Assembly: GCA_041481485.1 (NCBI GenBank)
Contig: JBGPBY010000002.1
Coordinates: forward strand, 1 to 59,192
Source: Terriglobia bacterium
Lineage (GTDB): Bacteria > Acidobacteriota > Terriglobia > 20CM-2-55-15
Length of the DNA: 59,192 nt
Reading direction: 5' to 3'
In this document: piece by piece, positions 35,617-45,196 of the stretch
How positions within the stretch are numbered: position 1 is the stretch's first letter
How the letters are laid out: each line of letters starts with the position of its first letter
Program-made: the position numbers and the translations under genes
Notes under the pieces: model-generated
Seen by the model: the letters and a program-made list of their open reading frames with translations, nothing else
What the model was told of the DNA's origin: nothing
Database searches by the model: none

Positions 35617-37262
35617 GGTTCCGGCTCCTTCGGGATTGCGATAAGTTGCACTGTGGAGGAAGTGCCTTTCGTAAAGACAACGGTCTCTCCTCTGGTTTCG
35701 TACTTCCTGATGAATTCGGCGTTCAACCAGGCAGCTCCTGGAACGCTTTCCCATGCGAATACTTTGTATGTACCTGGCGGAATCGCACGAAATGCAAAAT
35801 TGCCGTCCGAGTCGGACTGCATGTTGAAGTACTTCCGCCGGTCCTCGCGCCGAATCACATCCGGGACCAGAACCACGGTTGCGCGGGCTGCGGGTTCCTG
35901 CCGAAGGTTTCGAACAACTCCCTCCAGCTTGCCTCCAGGTGAAGCAAGCATCACTTCAATAGGCTGCAGCCCCGGCCGGTCAGTGATGGTAAATCCGTCG
36001 GAGTAGACGCTGACTGAGCCTTGTCGCAAATCCTCCAGATAGACATCCTGAGGCAACCTTCCGGGAGTGAACTTGTAAATGCCGGGAACCAGACGTCCGG
36101 AACCAAATTCTCCGTTCTCACGATCGATGACAATGGGTTGCGACCCGCCTCTGCCCCCCGCTGTCGGAACAGCCGCCAAAAACGGTCCAACGCCGCGCAC
36201 AACTTCGATACCCAGCGTCAGGCCTTCGAGTCGTCCGGCAGGAAGTTCGCCATTCAGGGTGACTCGTCCGCGTGTCTCAACCGACGGTGAAGCCACGAGC
36301 GTGAGATTCTCGACGCTGCGATCGACAAGTTCCACCGTTGTACGGCTCGTGTACAGGACGCCGTCCTTATCGCGCGCATCCGGAAACAGATCGTAAACAT
36401 TGGGAAAGATATTGCGAATTTCAAATCGCCCGTTGGACATATCGTCGGCTCGATTGTCGTAGTAAGTCGTGCCTTCGTCTCGTGTCCAAATCCAGATTTC
36501 CGCGACATTCTGCGCGGGTACTCCCGGGACCGAACTGACTACGGTGCCAGACACGGTCAAGACAGTTTTCAATCGGGGTTCCATCCGAAAGCTCACATTT
36601 GTATCCTGCGCCTCGCGAATCGTGACTGCGACAGCTCCCAACTGGTCCCTCACGCCGGGGTAATAGGTGAGAGAATCGGATGCCCAGACATCCACATTCG
36701 CTCGCAAGTAATATGAGCCGGGACGCAGCCCACGAATCCGGAATTCGCCGCGATCATCCGTCGAGCCGTTGTCTCGGTCCTGCATGTCCCGCTTGCCGGA
36801 CTGAAGATAAACCGCCTGCGCCGTGGAAACTCGAACTCCGGCCAGTCCGAGGGTATTCATGTCGAGGACTCGGCCGCTGATGGTGCCGCCCACGATCATA
36901 CGGATATCCATACTTTTAGCTGTTCCACGCGCCGGCACAGTCACTCGGACTTCGGCGTCGGATTCCCGGAAATAACCTCTCCGTTCTGCGACGACGATGT
37001 ACATACCTGGAGGAATATCCTTCAGAACGAAGTGTCCCGAACTGTCTGTAGTCGCAACACCGCGACGCTGTGCTTCCTGTGCGTTTTCTGCCGCTGACTT
37101 CCGGAGATAGACGGGGATGCCTTCCAGCGGTGCAGACTGGCTTGCCCAGATCACATTGCCTTCAACAGTGCCGTTATCGGCGGGATTCGTCGGAGGCAGC
37201 GGAGGCGCCTGAGGAGCCTGTCCCAGAAACAATGTGATAAAGAGCGCAAGAAGCGGTTTCAT
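35613..37262 (-). CDS. Carboxypeptidase regulatory-like domain secreted protein, paralogue 3
   Basis: Signal peptide MKPLLALFITLFLGQAP. CarboxypepD_reg units. C-terminal module GNFAFRAIPPGTYKVFAWESVPGAAWLNAEFIRKYETRG. Confidence 0.8.
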   Translation of the reverse strand: MKPLLALFITLFLGQAPQAPPLPPTNPADNGTVEGNVIWASQSAPLEGIPVYLRKSAAENAQEAQRRGVATTDSSGHFVLKDIPPGMYIVVAERRGYFRESDAEVRVTVPARGTAKSMDIRMIVGGTISGRVLDMNTLGLAGVRVSTAQAVYLQSGKRDMQDRDNGSTDDRGEFRIRGLRPGSYYLRANVDVWASDSLTYYPGVRDQLGAVAVTIREAQDTNVSFRMEPRLKTVLTVSGTVVSSVPGVPAQNVAEIWIWTRDEGTTYYDNRADDMSNGRFEIRNIFPNVYDLFPDARDKDGVLYTSRTTVELVDRSVENLTLVASPSVETRGRVTLNGELPAGRLEGLTLGIEVVRGVGPFLAAVPTAGGRGGSQPIVIDRENGEFGSGRLVPGIYKFTPGRLPQDVYLEDLRQGSVSVYSDGFTITDRPGLQPIEVMLASPGGKLEGVVRNLRQEPAARATVVLVPDVIRREDRRKYFNMQSDSDGNFAFRAIPPGTYKVFAWESVPGAAWLNAEFIRKYETRGETVVFTKGTSSTVQLIAIPKEPEP

Positions 37263-37408
37263 GCCGGTTTGGTTCCCAATAATAATGGATCGCTTTGACG
37301 GTGATGGTAATCAATTTGTCACCGGATTTTGTACTCCAGTACCTTTAGACAACAGTTTCAACCCACATGTTCATTCGGGGAAGTTGTATATTCAACCTGA
37401 AACCAACA

Positions 37409-38053
37409 TCAAACTACTCGGGCTGGGACTATGACCTCGATAGCGTGGCGCGAAATTGTAAACGTCATTGGCAATTCTCCAACCAGCTCGCCGTCCACCT
37501 GCACCTGCATGCCTTCACCGATGGCCCGCGCTTTCGTTGCCTTAAGGAACGTCACGCGGTTCTTGCCTTCAGGGATCCCGCCGAGGAGCGCGAAGGGGAG
37601 CATTTGCAGGTAGTGCCTTCGATGTGTGGAGTGGATCATGCAGATCTCGAACCCGGGACGATCCATACGAGCTCGAGGTGTGATGGCCAGTTTTCCGCCC
37701 GTAGTGCGCGGCCTTGCCGATTGCGGTGAACGTCGCGGAATGCTCGACGCCATCAACCTCGACGATAAACGGTTTAGGCTTCCATCGCGCGAAGCTCTCA
37801 AGGCCCGAATACCAGAACGCCGCCTCGCTTCGTTGATCGTGCCGTCACCGCCGGAAATGATGACATTGCGGATGCCCTGGTTCGCGGCTTCGGCAGCGAG
37901 CCGTGTTGCGTCATTCGGCCTTTGAGTGAGAAGGGCCTCTTCGCGGACGCCGTGCGCTTTGAGCAGGCGACAGAACTGCAGGATCGCCTCCCTTCGTTTT
38001 TCCGGACCGCCCTGTCCTGCTCTCGGATTTGCAATGAGGACTGCGTTTCTCAT
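37409..38053 (-). pseudogene. Diacylglycerol/lipid kinase family (DAGK_cat, YegS/BmrU-like) gene, apparently decayed (internal frame changes and deletion)
   Basis: The N-terminus AVLIANPRAG...IISGGDGTINE and the C-terminus VQVDGELVGELPMTFTISRHAIEVIVP fit the family. The central roughly 46 codons in frame read ARRRSGIRALRASRDGSLNRLSSRLMASSIPRRSPQSARPRTTG. Another frame of 37829-37691 reads SEAAFWYSGLESFARWKPKPFIVEVDGVEHSATFTAIGKAAHYG. Total length is 214 aa versus about 300 for the family. Confidence 0.5.
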
Positions 38054-38175
38054 TTTCCGTGGATTTTAGATGAAGATGCTTCGTCACGATATCGAGCCTT
38101 AGCTTGAGACTCGGTACCCGGAACATGTCCGTACAGACACCAACTACATCGCTGCTGATCGACGCCGATATCATT

Positions 38176-38210
38176 GGGATTCGAGAATTGCGGAAAATCT
38201 CTCGAATCCC
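38176..38210 (-). terminator. Perfect 11-bp stem hairpin just downstream of the coiled-coil gene
   Basis: GGGATTCGAGA (38176-38186) and TCTCGAATCCC (38200-38210) with a 13-nt loop, 5 nt after the stop at 38216. The U-tract is weak on the minus strand, so terminator function is tentative. Confidence 0.35.
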
Positions 38211-38215
38211 GGTTT

Positions 38216-38671
38216 TCAGGCCTGTGCGGTTTCCAGTGCCTGAACTCTGGCTTCGAGAGCAGCGATTCTCTCCCGAAGACGATCTGCTTCCAGCTTGTCG
38301 AAGCGCCCTTCAAGTCGGCGCAGCGCTTCGGTGATCATGATGTATTCCTGCTCGATTCGGCCAGTCCGCCGTTCCAGTTCTTCAACCAGACCGTGCAGCG
38401 CATGAACGCGCGTATCCAGCGAACTGAGCAGACGACTGTGTTCGAGGACTGTCGTCTCAACAGTAATCAAGCGAAGAGCAATAGTGTTCTGGACGGATTC
38501 TATCCGACCCAGCTTCGATTCGATGGCGTCTGTTCGCTTGTCGGCGGCTTCGGAGCGCTGATCCTGGAGATCGAAGCGTTGATCCACGCGATCGAAGCGT
38601 TCGTCCATGCTTACGGTGAGGCTCTGTAAAAGTTCGTAAAGGGTGTGTAGAGTGATCTCAAATTCTGGCAT
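38216..38671 (-). CDS. Coiled-coil hypothetical protein
   Basis: The 151-aa product has heptad-like E/R/L-rich sequence throughout (RIEQEYIMITEALRRLEGRFDKLEADRLRERIAALEARVQALE). No family recognised. Confidence 0.5.
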   Translation of the reverse strand: MPEFEITLHTLYELLQSLTVSMDERFDRVDQRFDLQDQRSEAADKRTDAIESKLGRIESVQNTIALRLITVETTVLEHSRLLSSLDTRVHALHGLVEELERRTGRIEQEYIMITEALRRLEGRFDKLEADRLRERIAALEARVQALETAQA

Positions 38672-38730
38672 GCGATTTCCTCAGAAAACGCAAAGGGCGG
38701 TGCGAGGATAGCACTTCGATACTCGAACTT

Positions 38731-39858
38731 CTAGCCGGAGATTTTAGCGTGGGTGAACGGCACTCTGGAGTTGATTTTCAGGCCATATGCCTCAAGTGCC
38801 ACGAGCTTTCGTGGATGGTTGGTGAGCACCCGCATGGAGTGAATTTTCAACGCCGCCAGTATCTGTGCGCCGATGCCGTACTCGCGCTGTTCGCCCCGCA
38901 GTCCGATCGTTTCATTGGAATCGACCGTTCGTTCACCGTGCGCGAGCATTTCTCCAGTTTCTGATTTCTTCATGGGATGAAGATAAAGGAGAACTCCGCG
39001 TCCCTCTGAAGCGATAGCCTCCAGGGCGCGATCCATCTGTTCATGGCAGTGGCAGGTCACCGATCCAAAAACGTCGCCAATCAGACAATGGGTATGAACC
39101 CGAACCAAAACATCCTCGCCGTTTCCAATGTCCCCTTTGACGAGAGCGAAATGTGTCTCGTTCCCGAGAATGGTTTGAAACCCAGTCATCTGAAATGGCC
39201 CATGCTTTGTCCGCAGCATGCTTTCCGTGGTTTTGCGCACGAAAATCTCGGTCTTCAGCCGGTACCGGATGAGATCTGCCACAGTAATCAGTTTCACATC
39301 GTGCAATGCTGCAAATTCGAGAAGATCGGGCACGCGGGCCATGGTGCCATCCTCTTTCATGATTTCGCAAATGACTCCGGCCGGAAACAAGCCAGCGCTT
39401 CGAGCCAAATCCACAGAGGCTTCGGTTTGTCCGGCACGGACAAGCACTCCTCCATCCTTTGCGCGCAACGGAAAGATGTGGCCGGGACGTGAGAGATCAC
39501 TGGGCCTGGTCCGGGAATCAATGGCAGTGAGAATAGTTTGCGCACGATCGTGTGTCGAGATACCGGTCGAAACGCCTCGCCGGGCTTCGATGGCCACGCA
39601 AAATGCGGTTCCGTGCGGCGACGTGTTGGCATGATCGGAAACCATCAGGGGAATATTCAAATCGTCAAGACGCTGTCCGGTCAGTGCAAGGCAGATCAGT
39701 CCGCGGCCATGGGTCGCCATGAAATTGATGATTTCAGGGGTGACTTTCTCGGCAGCGACCATCAGATCGCCCTCATTTTCGCGGTCTTCGTCATCGATAA
39801 TAATGACGACCTTTCCGTCCTGAACGTCCCGGATCGCTTCTTCTATGGATGCAAACAT
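38731..39858 (-). CDS. ribBA: Bifunctional DHBP synthase / GTP cyclohydrolase II-like protein (RibBA type; the C-terminal domain looks divergent)
   Basis: The DHBPS half is canonical ([24 protein letters not shown]; GHIFPL). The GCHII half keeps the Cys triad ([20 protein letters not shown]). It lacks the QEGRGIGL.NK block and ends about 20 aa early after RVPF. Confidence 0.8.
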   Translation of the reverse strand: MFASIEEAIRDVQDGKVVIIIDDEDRENEGDLMVAAEKVTPEIINFMATHGRGLICLALTGQRLDDLNIPLMVSDHANTSPHGTAFCVAIEARRGVSTGISTHDRAQTILTAIDSRTRPSDLSRPGHIFPLRAKDGGVLVRAGQTEASVDLARSAGLFPAGVICEIMKEDGTMARVPDLLEFAALHDVKLITVADLIRYRLKTEIFVRKTTESMLRTKHGPFQMTGFQTILGNETHFALVKGDIGNGEDVLVRVHTHCLIGDVFGSVTCHCHEQMDRALEAIASEGRGVLLYLHPMKKSETGEMLAHGERTVDSNETIGLRGEQREYGIGAQILAALKIHSMRVLTNHPRKLVALEAYGLKINSRVPFTHAKISG

Positions 39859-39869
39859 GTCATTTAGCC

Positions 39870-40469
39870 CTATGGGATATCTCTCGTCTGAAGCAGGCGT
39901 TCGACGTATTTCGCGATGATATCGAATTCAAGATTGACAGGATCTCCCGGCGTGACCCGCTTCAAATTCGTATTTTCGAATGTGTGCGGAATAATTGCCA
40001 CATCAAATACATTCGAATGGATGCGGGCGACCGTCAGGCTGATTCCGTCCACACAGATCGATCCCTTCTCCACGATATACCGTAACGCCGGCACAGGGAA
40101 CTCAATCCGAAGATTGTAGTCGTCGCCATTGCGGGAGAATTCGACGACGCGGCCCAGGCCGTCAACGTGGCCCTGTACGATGTGTCCGCCAAAACGGCCA
40201 TCGGCAGGCATTGGGCGTTCAAGATTGACCAGGGAACCCGGCGACAAAATCTTCAGGCTTGTCCGGTTCAGAGTTTCCCGTGACAAGTCGGCCGCAAAGT
40301 TCCCGGTGCCGACGGTTCTCGCCGTCAGACATACTCCGTTTACCGAGATGCTGCCACCCGTTTTCAGGTCATTCATGACGGCTCGAGCGTTTACGCGAAT
40401 TCGAAGGAATTCGTCGTGACTGGACATCTCGGCGACTTCGCCGATTTCTTCAATGATTCCCGTGAACAT
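39870..40469 (-). CDS. ribE: Riboflavin synthase (alpha chain)
   Basis: MFTGIIEEIGEV at the N-terminus, with two lumazine-binding repeats (GGSISVNGVCLT; GSICVDGISLT). Confidence 0.9.
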   Translation of the reverse strand: MFTGIIEEIGEVAEMSSHDEFLRIRVNARAVMNDLKTGGSISVNGVCLTARTVGTGNFAADLSRETLNRTSLKILSPGSLVNLERPMPADGRFGGHIVQGHVDGLGRVVEFSRNGDDYNLRIEFPVPALRYIVEKGSICVDGISLTVARIHSNVFDVAIIPHTFENTNLKRVTPGDPVNLEFDIIAKYVERLLQTRDIP

Positions 40470-41451
40470 AGGATGTGATTGTCAGATCCGGGCCAACCCG
40501 GTCTATCGACCAGTCGCGAAGGCGAATGGCTTCGGCCAACCGAAGGACACCGGTCCCACCGATTGCCGGCGTTTCGCGGCCTCCGAAGATGGAGGGCGCA
40601 ATAAATTGAACGATTTTGTCGATGATTCCGGCCTTCAGGGCATCGAAGGCAAGATCCGGACCGCACTCCAGCATGAAACTCTGAACCTCGCGTGTCTTCA
40701 GTTCCTCAATAAGTTCCGCGATAGAACCGCGATGTATCAGCCAGCCACCGGTACCGATGTCACGCGGGTCCAAACGTCCCCGGCGATCCATTACAATACG
40801 GAGAAGCTCGCGCCGCCTCGGAAGTCCGGTACGATCGGTCATCGATGGCCGGTCCCTGAGAAACGTACCGCTGCCGGTAATCACCGCGTCCACGGAATGG
40901 CGCAGAGTCTGTACCATTGACCGGGAGGCCTCCGAGGTAATCCACTTCGATTCCCCATTGCGGGTGGCGATCTTTCCGTCCAGGGTCATTGCAATCTTCA
41001 GTATTCCAAATGACCGGTTTTGAGTCTTGTAGACGAAAAATGCTTCATTGACGCGGCGGGCTTCTTCTTCATGAATGCCAACAGATACTTCAATCCCAGC
41101 CTGCCGGAGCATTTCAATTCCTTTGCCTTGAACTTTCGGGTTGGGATCGATCATTGCTGTAACGACTCTGGATACGCCCGCGTCAATCAGTGCCTGTGCG
41201 CAAGGTGGAGTACGGCCAGTGTGGGAGCAGGGTTCCAGCGAAGTGTAGACCGTCGAGCCTCGTGCCGCGTTGCCTGCGGTTCGTAGGGCGATTACCTCGG
41301 CATGGTCCTTGTTGTCAAAAACGTAAAAACCCTCGCCTACAGTGATTTCGTTTTTAACGGCAACCGCGCCAACCAGCGCACCCGGGCTTGCAAGGCCGAT
41401 ACCCTGTTGCGCCAGAGCGATTGTCCGCAGGATGTAGTCGGCATCCGTCAT
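40450..41451 (-). CDS. ribD: Bifunctional diaminohydroxyphosphoribosylaminopyrimidine deaminase / 5-amino-6-(5-phosphoribosylamino)uracil reductase
   Basis: Deaminase zinc motifs HAEVIAL and PCSHTGRTPPC, plus a C-terminal reductase domain (LKIAMTLDGKIAT). Confidence 0.9.
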   Translation of the reverse strand: MTDADYILRTIALAQQGIGLASPGALVGAVAVKNEITVGEGFYVFDNKDHAEVIALRTAGNAARGSTVYTSLEPCSHTGRTPPCAQALIDAGVSRVVTAMIDPNPKVQGKGIEMLRQAGIEVSVGIHEEEARRVNEAFFVYKTQNRSFGILKIAMTLDGKIATRNGESKWITSEASRSMVQTLRHSVDAVITGSGTFLRDRPSMTDRTGLPRRRELLRIVMDRRGRLDPRDIGTGGWLIHRGSIAELIEELKTREVQSFMLECGPDLAFDALKAGIIDKIVQFIAPSIFGGRETPAIGGTGVLRLAEAIRLRDWSIDRVGPDLTITSYVHGNH

Positions 41452-42407
41452 TGCGCGAATAGCGATTCCACAAAATCATCGGCGGAGAAGACGATGAGAT
41501 CATCCATTTTTTCGCCCACGCCTACAAAGCGGATCGGGATTTTCAATTCCCGCGCTATGGCCGTGACGACTCCGCCTTTTGCCGTGCCATCCAGTTTAGT
41601 CAACACGATTCCGGTTACCGCGGCACTCTTCGTAAATTCCCTGGCCTGAGTGAGACCGTTTTGGCCAGTCGTTGCGTCCATCACCAGCAGAACTTCGTGC
41701 GGCGCACCGGACACTTCCCGTTTCGCAATGCGGGTCATCTTCTCGAGTTCAGTCATCAGATTGTGTTTGGTGTGCAACCGGCCGGCGGTATCGACAATAA
41801 CATAATCCATTTTCTTCGATTTCGCGGACTGAAGCGCATCGAACAGGACAGCCGACGGATCGGCGCCCGCCTGTTGCTTCACAATCGGAACTTCAGATCG
41901 TTTGGCCCATATTTCCAGTTGTTCGGTCGCGGCAGCGCGAAATGTGTCGGCAGCGCAAAGCAGGACCTTCTTGCCATCGTTTCTGAACCGGTTCGCCAGT
42001 TTTCCAATTGTGGTTGTTTTGCCGACGCCATTCACGCCAACCATCAGGATGACAAACGGATCACCTGCGAGCACTTCTTTTAGCGGCGCCGCGTTCACGC
42101 GCAGAATTTTCTTCAGTTCGTCCTTGACCGCCCCGCGGAGCTGCATCGGGTCCTGCAAAATCTGACGTGACATCTGATCGCGAATGGAGTTCAGAATCTC
42201 GGTTGTCGTTAAAATTCCGATATCGGCCGAAACCATCAGCGCTTCAAGATCTTCCAGCATCGCGGGATCAATGGCCTTCTTGCCTTCCACGAGGGTTTGA
42301 AGACCTTCATTCAGGTTTTCCTGCGTTCGTTTTACCGCAGCCTTGATCTTCTCGAGGACGGTCGGTTTTCTCTCTTCCGGTTTGCCGAAAAGGCTTATGA
42401 ATTCCAC
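41448..42407 (-). CDS. ftsY: Signal recognition particle receptor FtsY
   Basis: SRP GTPase motifs [22 protein letters not shown] and [10 protein letters not shown]. Confidence 0.9.
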   Translation of the reverse strand: MEFISLFGKPEERKPTVLEKIKAAVKRTQENLNEGLQTLVEGKKAIDPAMLEDLEALMVSADIGILTTTEILNSIRDQMSRQILQDPMQLRGAVKDELKKILRVNAAPLKEVLAGDPFVILMVGVNGVGKTTTIGKLANRFRNDGKKVLLCAADTFRAAATEQLEIWAKRSEVPIVKQQAGADPSAVLFDALQSAKSKKMDYVIVDTAGRLHTKHNLMTELEKMTRIAKREVSGAPHEVLLVMDATTGQNGLTQAREFTKSAAVTGIVLTKLDGTAKGGVVTAIARELKIPIRFVGVGEKMDDLIVFSADDFVESLFAQ

Positions 42408-43408
42408 TATTCTTCCTTTAACTTTCGTTCCATCAGATCCTGGATCGCATCTTTCACTCGAAGACCCTCATACATTACCGAATACATACGTTCGGCGATT
42501 GGCATTTCCACCCGAAATTTTCGCGCCAGTGTCACTGTGGATTCGGTAGTTCGAATGCCTTCCGCCACGGAGCGCATTCCTGCGGTAATCTCGCCGATTT
42601 CCCTGCCTTGTCCCAACGCAATCCCAACGCTTCGATTGCGGCTCAGCTGTCCATAAGAAGTCAGAATCAAATCGCCGAGTCCGGCCAGTCCCGATAATGT
42701 TTCTCGGCGTCCTCCGCAGGCTACCGCCAGCCGTGTGATCTCTGCCAGGCCGCGGGTCACCAGTGCGGCCACGGCATTGGAGCCCAGACCAAGTCCGTCG
42801 GCGACCCCGGCGGCGATCGCAATGATATTTTTCGTTGCTGCACCCATCTCCACCCCGGTCGTATCGGAGTTGGTGTACAGCCGAAAGCGAGGCATGGACA
42901 GTTCCTGTTGAAGCAGCAGCCTCAGCGATTCGCTTTTTGAGGCGACCACCAGCGCGGTTGGAACTCCACGAGCGACCTCCGGTGCAAAGGTCGGCCCGGA
43001 AATCACGGCGATTCTCTCGTCGTCCGTTGTTTCAAGGACGTCGCCGATGACCTGAGACATGCGCATCAGCGTTTGGGTTTCGATCCCCTTTGTCGCGCTG
43101 ACAAAAATGGTATCGGGTTTTGCAAGGGGAGCAACCTGTTGAACAATGGCACGAAAAACATGAGAAGGAACTGCCATGATCACAATTCGAGATCCGGCAA
43201 CCACGTCTCCCACGATGTTGCTGATCCGCACGGAATCCGGAATCTGAACCGACGGAAGGTACACGGGGTTTTCCCGCGTTTCAGTCATGCTCCGCGCGAG
43301 ATCGGGTTCGTGAACCCAAAGTGAGACGCAGCGTTCCGTTTTGGCAAGGATAACCGCCAGCGCCGTTCCCCAGCCCCCGGCGCCAATGACGGCTACCGGC
43401 AGACTCAC
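42407..43408 (-). CDS. gpsA: NAD(P)H-dependent glycerol-3-phosphate dehydrogenase
   Basis: N-terminal Rossmann VAVIGAGGWGTALA and conserved RNRSVGIALGQG near the C-terminus. Confidence 0.9.
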   Translation of the reverse strand: MSLPVAVIGAGGWGTALAVILAKTERCVSLWVHEPDLARSMTETRENPVYLPSVQIPDSVRISNIVGDVVAGSRIVIMAVPSHVFRAIVQQVAPLAKPDTIFVSATKGIETQTLMRMSQVIGDVLETTDDERIAVISGPTFAPEVARGVPTALVVASKSESLRLLLQQELSMPRFRLYTNSDTTGVEMGAATKNIIAIAAGVADGLGLGSNAVAALVTRGLAEITRLAVACGGRRETLSGLAGLGDLILTSYGQLSRNRSVGIALGQGREIGEITAGMRSVAEGIRTTESTVTLARKFRVEMPIAERMYSVMYEGLRVKDAIQDLMERKLKEE

Positions 43409-43950
43409 GACAGGATGTACTCCCGAAGCTTCGTGTATACAGGGCCCGAAGACCTGGTTTCACTCTGGTACAGGAAACAGCGGTCCACATTGAAGGTTCC
43501 GAAATCGTGTTCTTCAAATTGCGAGGCCGCGGTCACCAACGCGGATTCCAGCCGTGCCTTGCTGGCGCGGGCAAGTGTGATATGCGGACGAAATCGCCTG
43601 CGTTCATTTTCAATGCCAAGGTGTTCCATTCGCGTATTGATTCTCTGGGCCAGCATTTCCAGATTGGGAGCAATCAAACCTGCCCAGAAGATTCGGGGGG
43701 ATCGTGCGCCCGGAAAAAACCCGACTCCCTTCACCGAAATCTGAAACGGCTTCCAGGAAATTCCAGCCATGTGCTGATGGACTTCTTCCACGAGCTGCTC
43801 ATTGATCTCGCCGAGAAACTTCAATGTCAGATGAATAAGGGGTGGTGCCACCCACTTTGCCGAATCCGAAACAGGTTGGAGCTCGCGTTGAACGATTGCG
43901 AGCTCCTCTCGAACTTCTTCGGGCAGATCTATTGCAATAAACGCTCGCAT
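43405..43950 (-). CDS. thpR: RNA 2',3'-cyclic phosphodiesterase (2'-5' RNA ligase family, ThpR/LigT)
   Basis: Two HxTx motifs (HLTLKFLG and HITLAR). The start at 43950 (MRAFIAIDLP) overlaps the cinA stop (TAATG). The ORF-track extension to 44178 lies inside cinA. Confidence 0.85.
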   Translation of the reverse strand: MRAFIAIDLPEEVREELAIVQRELQPVSDSAKWVAPPLIHLTLKFLGEINEQLVEEVHQHMAGISWKPFQISVKGVGFFPGARSPRIFWAGLIAPNLEMLAQRINTRMEHLGIENERRRFRPHITLARASKARLESALVTAASQFEEHDFGTFNVDRCFLYQSETRSSGPVYTKLREYILS

Positions 43951-45191
43951 TACATTTCCATCAGTACACGGCGAACCAGATCGAGGGCTGCCTGCGAAGC
44001 CCATGAGCGAATTCTGTCCCGGTTTCCCGGGAAAATCATATGCTTGTGCCGGGTCCCAATCGGGCTCGCCACGGCGAAATGAACGGTCCCTACCGGTTTT
44101 TCGGGAGAACCGCCGCCCGGTCCCGCGATTCCAGTGATGCCAACTCCAATTGTGGCGCCCACCTTTTCCCTGACGCATTCGGCAAGACCGCGCGCCACAT
44201 CCTCACTGACTGCCCCCTCCATTTCGAGCAGCAACGGAGGAATTCCGGCAAGATCGATCTTGGATTGATTGCTGTAAGTCACCACGCCCGACAGGAAATA
44301 CCTTGAACTTCCCGGCACCGAAGTCAGTCTTTGCGCGAGCAATCCTCCGGTGCACGATTCCGCCACGGCGATTGTGGCCTGCTTCAATGTAAGCTGCAAT
44401 CCCACAACCTCCTCAAGTGACTTTTCGGAATTGGAGAAAATGTACTCTTCCAGAGATTCTTCAATCTGCGCGCCCAATTCCTCCACCAGACGTTCCGCTT
44501 CTTCCCGGGTTTTTCCCCGCGCCGTCAATCGCACTTCCACCTGGCCCGGCTTTGCCAGGATTGTCGTTTCGGGATTTTTGTATTTCTGATAGATCGGCGC
44601 GATTCTGGCGTCGAGCGCGGACTCCATCAGTCCTGTCGTTCGATACACGCGACGTGCGAGTGCGCTCGTTCCCGACATTTTCTGCAGCCGCGGCACACAG
44701 GTTCTTTCAAACATGGGCTCCAGTTCGGAAGGCGGCCCTGGCAACAAGAGAACATCGTTACGGTCCGTATGAATCCACAGACCCGGGGCGGTCCCATTCG
44801 AATTCTCGAGGATGTCGGAGCCGGTCAAAATCAGAGCCTGACGCGCATTGTTGGCCGGCATTTCAACGCCACGAGATTTGAATCGCTTCCGGATCGAATC
44901 CAGTATCTGGTCGTCCAGAACCAGCTGGCGTTGCATTACTCTGGCTACCACTTTTTTGGTCACGTCATCTTCGGTTGGTCCAAGTCCACCGATGGTGATG
45001 AGCAGGGGAGAGCGCTCCAGACAGCCGCGGACGGCCTGTTCCAGATAGTTTTCGTCGTCTCCGACGATGGACTTCATCACGACAGGAATTCCGGTTTCAT
45101 TGAGTTGGCGTGTGAGGAAGACCGAGTTCGTGTCGACGAAACCGGGCGTCAGCAGCTCCGAGCCGATAGCGATGATTTCTGCAGATATCAT
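43950..45191 (-). CDS. cinA: CinA family protein (MoCF-type domain plus nicotinamide-nucleotide amidohydrolase PncC domain)
   Basis: N-terminal AEIIAIGSELLTPGFVDTN and C-terminal AESCTGGLLAQRLT. Confidence 0.85.
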   Translation of the reverse strand: MISAEIIAIGSELLTPGFVDTNSVFLTRQLNETGIPVVMKSIVGDDENYLEQAVRGCLERSPLLITIGGLGPTEDDVTKKVVARVMQRQLVLDDQILDSIRKRFKSRGVEMPANNARQALILTGSDILENSNGTAPGLWIHTDRNDVLLLPGPPSELEPMFERTCVPRLQKMSGTSALARRVYRTTGLMESALDARIAPIYQKYKNPETTILAKPGQVEVRLTARGKTREEAERLVEELGAQIEESLEEYIFSNSEKSLEEVVGLQLTLKQATIAVAESCTGGLLAQRLTSVPGSSRYFLSGVVTYSNQSKIDLAGIPPLLLEMEGAVSEDVARGLAECVREKVGATIGVGITGIAGPGGGSPEKPVGTVHFAVASPIGTRHKHMIFPGNRDRIRSWASQAALDLVRRVLMEM

Positions 45192-45196
45192 GAGCT

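Noticed and set aside
38672-38760. Possible frameshifted 3' extension restoring the missing RibA C-terminus (an alternative frame reads ...PLRFLRKSHARI).
   Set aside because: The resemblance to the YL.TK..K.GH tail is weak and the spacing is about twice the expected. The frame also runs into the next gene's start. This cannot be supported by eye.
41440-41520. Search for an FMN riboswitch upstream of ribD.
   Set aside because: The ribD start overlaps the ftsY stop by 4 nt, so there is no leader region.
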